Made by a program: the position numbers and the translations under genes. A stretch of 62,887 bases of DNA, counting the filler, from Octopus bimaculoides (taxonomy: Eukaryota), in the NCBI RefSeq assembly GCF_001194135.2. It is 3 parts of 3 records of this genome, joined end to end, with 100 filler letters (N's around TTAATTAATTAA, not from the genome) between each part and the next. Parts side by side here need not be neighbours in the genome. Positions count along the whole stretch, not along the records: positions 20,024 to 44,221 come from NC_068988.1; positions 44,322 to 62,887 come from NC_068981.1; 1 more part is not named here. One strand, given 5' to 3'. The notes under the pieces are model-generated. The model worked only from the letters and a program-made list of their open reading frames with translations, was not told the origin of the DNA and searched no databases. Positions 35,971 through 49,100 of the stretch are shown here, piece after piece. Position 1 is the first letter of the stretch. Each line of letters starts with the position of its first letter.

Positions 35971-36206
35971 ATATTCTTAAAACCAAGTCAATTCAAATAC
36001 AATGTATTTTATTAACACAAAAGCCACGTGACCTATTTCAGCTTAATAGCTATTCAGTTAGTTTGCCGTGATAAAATAAAGATAAACCGTTTATCTTCAC
36101 AACGTTGACTTAGTAGCGGCAACAGCAAAACCAGCGGCAGCAGCAGCAGCAGTAGTAGTAGCAGCAGCGGTTATAGTAGTAGTAGTAGTAGTGGTAGTAG
36201 TATTGA

Positions 36207-36238
<32 letters not shown>

Positions 36239-36598
36239 AAAGCAGTAATCTCTATTCCTCTTTTTCTCCATTTTGCTGTCTCTATAATATATGTAATATG
36301 TGCTCTCTCTCCCTCTCTCTCACACACACACACACACACTCTCCGTCTCTTCTCTCTCTATATATATATTTATTTATTTGTATATATTTTTCTCCAATAT
36401 ACATGCAAATATACACACACACCACACATAAACACTCATATAAAATACGTATGTGTATGTATAAAGAGAGAGAGAGAGAAAAAGAGAGAGAGAAAGAGAG
36501 AGAGAGAGAGGAGAATGCCATATATAAGTGTAAACTCACACATATACATATTTGTTTATATGTATGTGTGATGCAGTGTGTATGCATATATATGTGTG

Positions 36599-36642
<44 letters not shown>

Positions 36643-38257
36643 AAAAAAATAGTAAAGTTAAATAAATGGATTTTTAGTATTTAGTTACTCCCTCTTCTGA
36701 GTTCAAATCATATCGTAGTCGACTTTATCTCTCAAGGTCGATAAAATAATTGCCCGTCAACGGCAAGTACAAATCTGTAGCCTTGTGCTAACGTAAAAAA
36801 AAATCAATATTAATTGATATACATGTGTAAACAATAGAAGTCAAATAGAAAGAATGATACATATATATTTTTAGAGAGAGATAAATTGATATACAAATAC
36901 TCTCATTTATCCACGTTCATATGTATGTGTGTGCGTATGAGTGTGTGTGTCTGTCTGTCTGTCTGTCTGTATTTATATACGCATACATACTCACACACAA
37001 ACACACACACACACAAATTTAAACAATCATTTATTAATCATTTTTGTGATGTTGAGAACAAAACACAAACATTAACAATGCTCTAATAATTATAGAACAG
37101 GAGAAGAGATAAATATGTATACTACAGCTGGTAATGTAGGGTAAAAATAAAGCAAACATTAACAAGCGGTATTCGCTTGTAATATTGGAACAGGTTGAAA
37201 TATAGATAAGCCATATTATGGTGAAACATGAAACGGTTGTTGGTAGCTCACACGCTTTTTCTCTATTTTTTTCCCCCAGCATAGCTGTCCAATACTGATG
37301 CTATTACTAATAATATTAATATGAATATTACCACTACAACTTATCAGTAAAGCTATTGCTGCTCTCTTTGCATTGCATTGCAGCTACAATCTTTGCCAGC
37401 ACTACTACCTGGTCTAGCAACACTCGTCCTCACAAGCAACAAATGATGCCAATGTTTGATGTTAGATATTATAACAATAAGGTACACATTTAATGAGAAA
37501 TATAAGACATGCGATGAAAAGCATTTATAAGAAAACAACTATCTTTTATTTACATTTACATATAATGTACACAATATTCATATGCCTCATGAATATGTGA
37601 ATGTGCACAAGTCTGAGTGAGTGTGTGTACATTCGCATACGTGAATATGAGCTATGTGCTTGTGTTTGTAAGAAAGAATAACTATGTACGTGTGTGCGTA
37701 TGCGTTTATGCCCGAGTAAGAGCACGCGCATATCCTCGCAGGAATGTGCTTGTGTCAGAGTGTGTGTGTATATGTGTATGTGTGTCTTATGTGCATCTGA
37801 GAGAAAAAGCGAGATTAAAAGCCGGAAAGGAGTAATATACACCTCTGACTTTTGAAAAACAAAATGTGAGTACTTATATGACCGAGGTTGAGAAAAATAA
37901 AGGCGCTTAAGAGTTAGAAAGAATCGTGTGTGTATTCATGATAAGAATGTGAACGTAAAGTAAAAGAGTGGTGGGGGGAAGTAAGGTTATGTTTGGCTGA
38001 AGAGAAAATTAGAGACAGACAGATTGATGACAAAGTGTAATGTAGAGTGAGTGAGTTGTGAGAAATAGGCGTATTTTAATTGACTAATATACTAAAAAAA
38101 AGCTGAATAAATCTGAGATCAGAATTAAGTTGATTGGGTAGATGTGTGAATAGGAATAATAGAAAGAAGAGAAAGAGAAAGGAAAATTCAGCAAGGCAAA
38201 TGTATAACATAGCGGCATAGACAGTCGAAGTAAATAGTAGAGTTGTGCTGGAGGCAT

Positions 38258-38347
<90 letters not shown>

Positions 38348-41069
38348 ATTTGCGCGAATGTGTCTGTGTGTCCGTGTGTGCTCCGTGTGTGTTTATGTAT
38401 GAAAACGGTATAGATTGTTGGGTTGAGCCAGTAGATGCCAGAAAACAGTCTCGTTTCATATGTATAGAAAAAATATAAACAGAGGGGTGTGGAGAGAGTA
38501 CGATGAAAATAAATACGTTAACAAAAAATGGCCGAGATGATAGAGTGGGTCGCAGCAAGAATAATAAATGACCGAGTTATGTATAATGTCTGACAAATAT
38601 GACAAATATTGACAATAAAATGTAAGAAGCGATGAAGGAGCAATTAAAATATATTTTTTTGCGTACTTACATTAATCCATAGGCTTTAGCCCTGGCGATC
38701 GTAGTGTGAGGTCCAGAATTTTGCGAATGTGTGGTGGAAAAAGCCGACACTTTACCGGCAGTGCCGGATTGTTTTTGGCGTTTCATAGATCAAAATTGTA
38801 ATATTTCCTTTAAATAAGAGATATAACAGCTCCTTCAGTTATGATGGTACTCCTGAATTTCCTTTGCTTTTTCGGCCAGTTAATTTAAACTTATCCTAAT
38901 TGCTATTTAACATACATATTTTTGTTTATAATCCAGTTAAATTCTTAACTGTTCTGGAGGTATCCAGTGTATATGTATACAATTAAGTGAAAACGTGTAT
39001 TGGTATACCATCAAGGGTATAATACACCTTCTACTTCTACATAACGTCTTCCGAATAAACGTGTATTTTTAAAAATATCCAAATGAAGCACATCTAACAG
39101 ACCAATCTAAACAAGACTAGAATCACACACACAGTCGGCAAGCTAGAAGAACATTTAACGGAGTGAGAAAGAACATCGAGATGACGAGTGATAGGGGGGC
39201 AAGAACGAAAATGAGAAGAGTCTAGTAGAGAAGAAGGAAAGTGAAAGAGAAGGGATAGGTGAAAAGTAACAACAAATGCAGGCAAGAGAGGACGTCGACG
39301 TTTGCAGTTGTAGTCGCAGAACTGTACTGTACTCCACTCAGCTTCTAACACTCACTTAACGAGGAGAGTATCAGTAAGAGACAGAGACATGAAAACCCTT
39401 CCATTGAAATCAGGAAATAACACATCCACTTTTCTCACCGAAACTATTTTGTGTTAGTAAGGTAAAAAGGCAGCAGTTCTAGCGTCGAAGATAGAGAGAG
39501 TGAATGGATGAAAACATCTCAGAAGAGTCCTGTGATTAAAACAGAACGTAAATGTATTTTTCCAAACATATTTCACTGCTGCCTTCTACTGTTAATCTGT
39601 TACTCTTTCTCTCACTCCGCATTTCACTCACTCTAATAATATTGGTTGCACTCCCACCATTTTTATTTCATTAATCTCTTTCTTTTTTTTTTTCTCTCCC
39701 CCTCCTTTTTCTCGTGTCTGCTTTTATTACACACTATTTCTTCTGTCTTTCACTAGCTTGACGGTAATATGGCTGTGGATGAAAGGAAGACAAGAAACGA
39801 AGGAGGGAAAAAGAAGAGTGTAGAGGAAGTAGGAGTAGGAAGAGTGCCAATGCTACGAGAAGAGAAGTATGTCGAGGGTGTTGGGAATAGGAGGATGTAT
39901 AAACGCAAACAAGCACGTACTCGAACACACATACACAACCTTTCAACAACTATGCTTTCATATAGTCTGCATACAGACATATGTTGTACATATCAAAAAG
40001 TACTCACAAACACAGATTCACGCACATACACATACACACAAGCATAACAGTCGCACAAATTGTCAGAACGAGTAAGACACAGATTCATTAAAAGCGTGGG
40101 ATTTATTTCTGGGTGATAATTGAAAGAACCCTACCACCACCACCAACCCATCTGAGGGTTGCAGTCAGGGAGTTATAAACATTAATGCATAAAATATTAA
40201 ATCGGCTCAGAAACTATAGATTTTTCTGAATATTAAATATACTTAAATATTCAACTGATTTCATGTTTATGTTGACGTGTCGCCACTTAGTTGCAAAATT
40301 ACCATAAAAATCCAGACAATCATCCATATATTTACATAGATACATACATATCCTTCGTGCACATATAAAGCGCACGTACATATACATATGTACTTAATTA
40401 CTTCCTTATAGGAATCCTTGCATATCATAATAATTAATAAACACATGTTTGAAATGTTTTAATTAATTAAATTCAAATGAATATTTTTTTAAGGATTCTT
40501 CCAAAATTTATGTTAAAAATCTTTGCATTTATTGTATTAGGGAAATGACAACGTCAATTAATTTAATTTTACAAATAAGAAAATATACATAAAAAAAAAC
40601 AATTGCTAATAAATTTTATATTTAGAAACGGCAGACGGCAGAATATGAATAAAAGTCTATATGTTCATCTATTCATGCGTGTATATGTGTGAGTGTGTGT
40701 GTGCGTGCGCGCTTATAAGCAAGTGAATGCGCGTGTGAGTGCAATATACTTGTTTTAATTTCTACTGTGCCGCGCGCTCGCGTAGGTATGTATTTCAAGG
40801 TGTGTGTATGTGTATGTGTGTGTGTGTGTGCGCGCGCCCGCATCAATGCGTATGCGAAGGTCTGTATAAGCTTGTAACTTATAAAACAGCAGAAGTGTTA
40901 TCTCCCCCTACGTAAAACTGTTTATACATATGAGTGTATAACTGTATGAATCCATGTGTGCGTGTATGTCTACATGTATACACACACAAACACATACACA
41001 CACACACATGCACACACACACATATACACACACACATACACACACATTTATGTGTGTGTGTGTGTCTGC

Positions 41070-41112
<43 letters not shown>

Positions 41113-41119
41113 TTTACAT

Positions 41120-41276
41120 GTAGGCATGGCTGAGTGGTATGAAGCTTGCTTTCCAAAGACAATTGTTCCGGGTTCAGTCCCAGTTCGAGGCATCTTGGAA
41201 AAGTGTCTTCTATTACAGCCTCGGGCCGATAACAACCTTGTGAGAGGATTTGATAGAAGAAATTGGAAGATGTCCG

Positions 41277-41374
<98 letters not shown>

Positions 41375-41545
41375 GTTCCTGTGTGTGTGTTGTTGTGGAT
41401 GTGTTTGTTCCGCACCACCAATAGACCACCGGTATTAGTGTGTTTTATGTCCATGTAACTTAACGTTTCGGTAGAAGAGTTCGATAGAAAAATAACAGGC
41501 TTTAAAGAAATAAACAAGAACTGTGGTCGATGTATTCGAGTAAAA
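41120..41545 (+). mobile_element. Older major-family SINE with expanded (GT)n centre
   Basis: Head gcatggctgagtggt...ccgggttcagtcccag, and tail elements match the family. Confidence 0.8.
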
Positions 41546-41598
41546 AATGTTTCTACTGAAATAAGTACATCAAAGATATATATGTGTGTGTGTGTGTG

Positions 41599-41617
<19 letters not shown>

Positions 41618-41686
<69 letters not shown>

Positions 41687-41736
41687 TAAATACACACACG
41701 TATGTATGCATGTATGCCTGTATGCATGTATGTATG

Positions 41737-41767
<31 letters not shown>

Positions 41768-41808
41768 GCATGTATGTATGTATGTATGTATGTATGTATG
41801 TATGTATG
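41618..41808. repeat. (GATA)n plus (GTAT)n microsatellites
   Basis: Directly visible. Confidence 0.95.
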
Positions 41809-41945
41809 CTTAAGACATATGCTTCAAAAATATGCGTTTACATATCTGGCCCCAAAGTGCGACGACCTGGCAAGTAGCTTCTATTCTAGCCTCAAGCTAA
41901 CTACTACATTGTTTCTGAATTTGGGAGATTGTGGAAATGTATCGT

Positions 41946-42003
<58 letters not shown>

Positions 42004-42124
42004 TTTGGTAACTGCTGTTAGTTTCTTTACCTTTACCCATTCCTTAACGTTTCGGCAAAAAGATGTTTTAGAATAATACTACTACATTCTAAATAATTAT
42101 GGGGTCCGATTTGTTCGCATAAAC

Positions 42125-42354
42125 CTGTAGTTCTCAAACGGGGTCCATATGACCCTTGCAGGTCCAGGTAAGATTTTGTTGTTAAAATTGAAGTGCAATA
42201 AATTGTACTTCTACAATTCACAAAATATTTTACCAGAATTCCTAATAACAGTGAATTGTAAAATATTTTTAAAACTTCAAATGCCTAACGGGGTCCACCT
42301 GAGCAAAATAGGAATCGAAGGTGTCGACAGAAGAAATATGGCTGAGAACCACTA
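42125..42354. mobile_element. hAT-type MITE
   Basis: Ends ctgtagttctcaa and tgagaaccacta resemble CAGTGGTTCTCAA TIRs; flanked by 8-bp TSD GCATAAAC/GCAGAAAC (7 of 8 match). Confidence 0.75.
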
Positions 42355-42449
42355 GCAGAAACCATTCAAACGCTATCCAAAGACTAATACAAATAAAGGA
42401 ATAAGAGAATATATACATATTCTTATACACATATACACAAGTCTATATT

Positions 42450-42655
42450 CTTTTAATTGTTTTAGTCATTTGACTGCAGCCATGCTGGAGCATCACATTG
42501 AGGTGTTGTAGTCGAACACATCGACCACAGAACTTATATTTCTTTTATGACTTGTACATATTCTCTTGGTCCCTTATGCTGAACCGCTACATAAGAGTAC
42601 GCAAACACACTAACACTGGTGGTCAAATGGTGAGGTGGACACACAGACAAACATA
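42450..42655 (-). mobile_element. Major-family SINE 3' half
   Basis: gtcatttgactgcagccatgctggagca...gtcgaacacatcgacc is the reverse complement of the family tail. Confidence 0.75.
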
Positions 42656-42675
42656 CGTGGATAGATACATACATA

Positions 42676-42724
<49 letters not shown>

Positions 42725-44321
42725 NNNNNNNNNNNNNNNNNNNNNNNNNNNNNNNNNNNNNNNNNNNNNNNNNNNNNNNNNNNNNNNNNNNNNNNNNNNN
42801 NNNNNNNNNNNNNNNNNNNNNNNNNNNNNNNNNNNNNNNNNNNNNNNNNNNNNNNNNNNNNNNNNNNNNNNNNNNNNNNNNNNNNNNNNNNNNNNNNNNN
42901 NNNNNNNNNNNNNNNNNNNNNNNNNNNNNNNNNNNNNNNNNNNNNNNNNNNNNNNNNNNNNNNNNNNNNNNNNNNNNNNNNNNNNNNNNNNNNNNNNNNN
43001 NNNNNNNNNNNNNNNNNNNNNNNNNNNNNNNNNNNNNNNNNNNNNNNNNNNNNNNNNNNNNNNNNNNNNNNNNNNNNNNNNNNNNNNNNNNNNNNNNNNN
43101 NNNNNNNNNNNNNNNNNNNNNNNNNNNNNNNNNNNNNNNNNNNNNNNNNNNNNNNNNNNNNNNNNNNNNNNNNNNNNNNNNNNNNNNNNNNNNNNNNNNN
43201 NNNNNNNNNNNNNNNNNNNNNNNNNNNNNNNNNNNNNNNNNNNNNNNNNNNNNNNNNNNNNNNNNNNNNNNNNNNNNNATATATATTCAATATTTGGGGG
43301 AAAATTGGTATATGTCGATTAGTGTGCTGAAGTCTTGAGTAGAGCAATGGCTACCTGGAGTCATCGGAGTATATTTCCGTTGGATCTACTTTGGGAATTC
43401 TGCATTGTTAGTTCAGATAACAATAATAATAATTTCATAAGCAACGGGAAGATAGAATTGGTATTAATCTTTATTTTGTACAACGGCCCATACTCCTACT
43501 GTCCCTTATGGGTGGGAGTCCTTTCAACCTTTTGTGTTGCATCAGTTTTGCAGTCTGGGTCTCATGGTATTCATTAGGATCTTTAGCGAGACACAAAACT
43601 GTATGTATAGATAGATACACCTGATGAGACCCAGACTGTAATTTGTATTTTATATTTATCATTTATTATATTTGTTAATTGATGCGAGAATATAAGGATA
43701 AAATCACGGTAATGATTTTTATCAGGTAGTCAGCATGCAATTAAAATTTATAAGTAATTTGTACATTAAATTAATAATTATATACATATGTATATAATTA
43801 TAATATCTGAATGCGCCGGTTTTTTTAAGCATGTTCCACTCTTGATGTAATTATATACATATATGTATTATTTTTAAGCATGTTGCTCTCTCAATATAAT
43901 TATATACATATCTGTATAATCACTAATTTGATGTATTATTTATTATATTATATCATATTTATTATAAGAGTATAATATAATATAATATGACGTTAATAAA
44001 TTTTTAATTTTTCAATTCACAATTGTATATCTCCATTTACATTTCATGTTCATAATTTTAATATATACGCATGTGAACTGAAAAGTTTTTCTTTACTGAA
44101 TTGGGTATTTTAAACGGTTCAGTCGGTGAAAGATCGCATGTTATAATCCCTAATTTCCTTGCATTGGGTTCAATTTAAAATATTACTTATAGATGTGTAT
44201 ATATACATATACATATATACANNNNNNNNNNNNNNNNNNNNNNNNNNNNNNNNNNNNNNNNNNNNTTAATTAATTAANNNNNNNNNNNNNNNNNNNNNNN
44301 NNNNNNNNNNNNNNNNNNNNN

Positions 44322-44636
44322 CGTCTTAAACAGGCGGGTCAGGTATTCCTCGTCGACGCCCAGGTTCGCCCCGAGATCGTCGTCGTACCTTCCCTCCACT
44401 AATCCACTATAGAATGCGTTAGTTGTGATGCAGTCGCTCAAGGTTGACCCGGGTTGTTGGAGTTGCCGAAGAGCAGCGCGACACTCGCCCTTCCTCGGCC
44501 TCTTCTTGATCCATGACTGCAGTTCGGTCATGGAGACGAGCTGCGGGAAAGCGCGCCGCACAAACGGTGACCACACCTGTTCACCGCTGTCTACGTAGAG
44601 CCGGAGATGTCGCAGTCTCAGCGCGTGTCTGCGCAG
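44322..44636 (-). mobile_element. Tx1/L1-type LINE ORF2 fragment with open frame, GC-rich
   Basis: LVSMTELQSWIKKRP..ECR.AL...LVEGRYDD..GVDE..L..LFKT aligns with the decayed + strand segment at 53090-53300, which runs into a LINE zinc-knuckle region. Confidence 0.75.
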
Positions 44637-44675
44637 ATAGATAGATAGATAGATAGATGTATATGTACGTATATA

Positions 44676-44789
44676 CAGGGTGTCCACATGGAGAAAATGA
44701 AATCATGACATAAACAATAAAATATAAGAAATAATAATTTCTTAAAGTATGTGTTAATCCCCATGTACCCAGACTTCGTGGACACCCTG
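44676..44789. mobile_element. 114-bp Tc1/mariner-type MITE
   Basis: Perfect 12-bp TIR CAGGGTGTCCAC/GTGGACACCCTG with TA on both sides. Confidence 0.85.
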
Positions 44790-45231
44790 TATATTGTATT
44801 TATGGGTGTGTGTGTTTGTATGTATGTATACACTTAATCGACGTCGTCTTTGTTGATTTCATAAGGGTATGTTCAGTTTTCTGACCATTGTTCTAAAATT
44901 CTATTACTTTAAAGAGAGAATATGCTTCACATAGCGATTATTTAACGTATAGATTGGTTCGTTGAGGATGGTCACGTAGTGAGATTAAGAGATTTTCGTT
45001 CAATTTTTCGCTATTTCCGTGTGTTTTAAATTATGTATCCACCGCGAGGGAATGTCACGTCCAAATGATATATGACAGTCAGAATATTAGGTGTCAAAGG
45101 TGATAATTGCTTTCGAATGTTAGGCTGCTTTAGCCCTTTAAATGTGCCCAGGAGGTGTGTGAGCGGCTATTATCTTGGTTACCGAAGATGTGGTGTTATT
45201 ATTTTTCTTTTTCTGCTATACCGTTTTAGTG

Positions 45232-45624
45232 GTGGAGGCGCAATAGCCCAGTGGTTAGGGCAGCGGACTCGCGGTCATAGGATCGCGGTTTCGATTCCCA
45301 GACCGGGCGTTGTGAGTGTTTATTGAGCGAAAACATCTAAAGCTCCACAAGGCTCCAGCAGGGGATGGTGGCGAACCCTACTGTACTCTTTCACCACAAC
45401 TTTCTCTCACTCTTACTTCCTGTTTCTGTTGTACCTGTAATTCAAAGGGCCAGCCTTGTCACATTCAGTGTCACGCTGAATATCCCCGAGAACTACGTTC
45501 AGGGTACACGTGTCTGTGGAGTGCTCAGCCATTTGCACGTTAATTTCACGAGCAGGCTGTTCCGTTGATCGGTTCAACTGGAACCCTCGACGTCGTAAGC
45601 GACGGAGTGCCAACAACAACAACA
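45232..45624 (+). mobile_element. Young full-length tRNA-headed SINE with (CAA)n tail
   Basis: gtggaggcgcaatagcccagtggttag...gtttcgattcc head; 12-bp TSD ACCGTTTTAGTG at 45220-45231 and 45625-45636; homologous to 55855-56245. Confidence 0.95.
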
Positions 45625-47650
45625 ACCGTTTTAGTGAATGATTTAGTCCCATCAAAATGTGGTCAAAATGGTTGAAAAATAAGTGTTCAATTTTAACTAT
45701 CTAGAGTGCTTCACAGTTATAAATAGCTACAGTTGAAAATTGCTGATATGTCTCAAGTGAATAAAAAAGAAATATTATTTAGTTCCTAAATTTTTACAAC
45801 ATCCATTTAAATATTTTGTATTTACAGAGCAAATATAAATAGAGAAAGCGAAAGTAGAAGACATTAAATTAAAAGCATTCATACATTATGATAAAGAATA
45901 TATAGTTTAATACATCTCAAATAACTGCATCATATCCGAGTACGAATAACCAAGCGAATCATCAGACGACATAAGCTCAGTACCAGACGACATAAGCTCA
46001 TCCAGTATGAAAATTTTTTTAGTGTATATCAAGTTGACGTACTTATGAAGAGCTTTCAGCAGTATACATATTCTGAGCTGATGTAAAGTTTCAGATGGAT
46101 TGTTTTCTTTCTGTTGCCAAGTGTTTGTGCGACAAAAGTTCGAGAAATGTAAGAAAAATATGAATGAATTGCAAAAGGTGTCGACGAAGAGCAAACAAAG
46201 GAATGGAATGAAATGTTAAACATAGTAAACATGTCAAAAGAAATCATTTTTGAAGGTTAGTATGAAAATACTTTGAGGAGCATTGTGGAAAAGAATACGA
46301 AAATTTAAAAGCGAATTTTAAGAAGTAATACTTTCGATCAAATTTTTTTTTATGTGTCATAGTTTAAAAGTACGATGTTGAAATTGTACCTTTCAAAATT
46401 GTTGTGGTATTTACTTTAAAGTTTTGAAATTTAATCAACGAAATGTTATTGTTAATCAATGAGTTTATTATCAGCTCTACATAAATTGCATGTATTTTTG
46501 TCTCATTGATGAATGGTCGTTATCATTCTGCGATTTTCGACTAGATATTCTTCTTTACGATATGTCTAAAGGATAATATTTGTCCGGGGTAATGCAGATT
46601 AAATGTACATTCTGTCTTATCAATGTGGTATTAACGTTGTATGGTTGTCGTTCGATTTAGTGGAGTTGATATCTTATTCATATATTACCACTTCTGCATT
46701 GCATGGCTCACAGCATCGAGTTCATGCGTAAATGGCCTCCGTTAAATTATTTCATTGATGAGTAAAAGTGTCATTTACATGTTAAAAGTAACTCCTTTTT
46801 AGACTATTTTTGTTGAAATATCCTCGTTGATGTTAGCACTGCTTAACTCCTGATCAAACGTAACTGTGCAGACCGACTATGAAAGATATAAGCTTTTCCG
46901 GGATATAGGACTAAATTATTAGATGAGACCTTTCCTTTACCAAGATAGTAGAAGAGTTACTATTATTTCTAGCCGATTGAGAGGCCATCTACTGATTCCA
47001 TCGTTCCCTGCCTGCTAAATACTTCTCTGTAACAATAGTTCAATAGGAAATGCATAAGTGGAAGAGTTTAGAATTTTTTGCGCTCTATGGTTTAACGTTT
47101 AAGGATAAGCTATGTAAAGCGGATTATATTACGAGTCATTTCCCAATAGTGCATAGAAAGATGACTTCCGGGAAAAGTAATCTTAAATATTACGCCATTA
47201 ATTTCTACAACATAATGATAATAAGGAGTCGCCATAACTAAGATTTTTTTTCTATGATGGGGAATGGAGATTTGCCAACTAATGTCACTGATTAAGTTTT
47301 TTTTAAAGTTATGTCTGGGTGGCAAAGGTCGACATTAATGTATAACAGTTTTAAATTTGGCATACCATAAGGTTTGTTTTCATGTGTGATTCGATCTATG
47401 GTGACATCTAAGAATGTATGTATGTATGTATGTATGTATGTATGTATGTGTACCGTATGTGCTTTTCTTTTGTTTGTCACTCCACTGCTTATTCGTTTGC
47501 TAACATCCTGTAACTTAGCGTTTCGATACAACTTAGCATTTTGTACAAGCCTTAAAACATTACTGGAGTTGATCTGTTCGACTAAACTCTTCAGGTGACA
47601 CGGCATGGTCGCATCGCCATGACTAAAAGAAGTAAAGGGTAAAAGAAAAG

Positions 47651-47712
<62 letters not shown>

Positions 47713-48656
47713 GGGGAGAGAGAGAACCAATCGGTCTCTACTGGCAACAAGTCAATAATACTAAGTGTAGTCAATGTATTAGAATGAAAGTTGTTTACAT
47801 TTGCCAAATGTATATCGTGTAATTATGCATTTATTCATTTTTATTTAAAGTATAAACCTTCCGTCCACCATACAGCCTGGAAGGATTCCCCCCTCCCAAA
47901 TTACAATATATCCTTCTGATCTTTTTTTTCAAAGATGGCTTCGATCAACCTTTTAGAATTATCGTATCGTACCCGCTAGTTTTCGATAACGATGCCTGTG
48001 TAAGTGCTAATTGTATACAACCAAAATGGTTCGCGATATCTTTCAAGGTGGAGTTTTAATGTTTATGTTCGTCATCTGCTTGACAGATTTTTAAGAAGTG
48101 TTGTATAAAGTTTAACCAAATGAAGCAAAAGTATTTTGGCAGCTTGTGTGAATATTTTGCTATTTTCTAATGAATAACTACATTAACATTTTATTCGAGA
48201 CCAGAATATCGCAGTAGCAAATGTTGCAACGTTCTGATCTCAAATAATACGCTAATGCAGTTATTCATTGGCTTTATTTAGCGGTACATTTCTTACGTGG
48301 TTAAGATTATAAAAGGGACCCCTCAGTGTTGAAGTATTTTTGCTAAATTTCATTCATTGATGAATAACCACCACGCAGTTTTGAGCTGAAAGTGCAGTCC
48401 TCCATTGTTGTCAAAAGTTCGTCTTATTTACAGCAGGGAAAAGGACAACTTGTTTCCTATTAAATTTTCTGGACGTTTACTTCGTGTTGATAATCAAGCG
48501 AAGCAAAATTCTGTTTATTGAGTAGCTTTTGGTATCAACTGTCAAAAGGGTGTTTACAGATATGAAAGTACACGTCTTTTGTTTTGTGTTTTTTCAATGA
48601 TGTATTTATTACAGATACAATGATTGTAGCTTGTGTGTATTTTCTCAAGTCATGTA

Positions 48657-49100
48657 GATGCAGGCATGGCTACATGGTAAAGAATTTCACTTTAAAATCA
48701 CGTGATCTTGGGTTCAGTCCCATCGCAAGTGGGCAAGTGTTTTCTCTTATAACCCCGGACTGATTAATGCCTCGTGACTGAGTTTGGTAAACAGAATCAA
48801 TTGAGAAACCCGTCGTATATATAAGTGTGTATATGGTATATATGTGTGCCTTTATTTGTGTGTATGAGTGCCTTTGTCTGTGCGTCAGTGTTTGCTCCTC
48901 CCCACCACTTGACAACCGGTGTTAGTTTGTTTACGCCCCTGTAACACATCGTTTCAGAAAACGAAACCTATATAATATAATTAAACAGACTTTAAAAACA
49001 TAAGTACTAGGGTAGATTTGATCGATAAAATCTTCTTTGAAGGTGGTGCTCCAGCATGGCCGTGGTCCAATGAATCAAGTAAGAGATAAAAGGTGAAAGA
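48657..49100 (+). mobile_element. Older major-family SINE
   Basis: Head gcaggcatggct...gggttcagtccc; tail gtggtgctccagcatggcc...gtaagagataaaag. Confidence 0.78.

Noticed and set aside
37368-37390. Resemblance to the reverse complement of miR-33
   Set aside because: Several mismatches and no hairpin.
44322-44636. Bacterial contamination or horizontal transfer suggested by high GC
   Set aside because: Peptide is colinear with the LINE remnant at 53090-53650 in the same window.
45963-46000. 21-bp-period direct repeat cagacgacataagctca
   Set aside because: A simple two-unit slippage duplication; no array or spacer structure, so not CRISPR-like.
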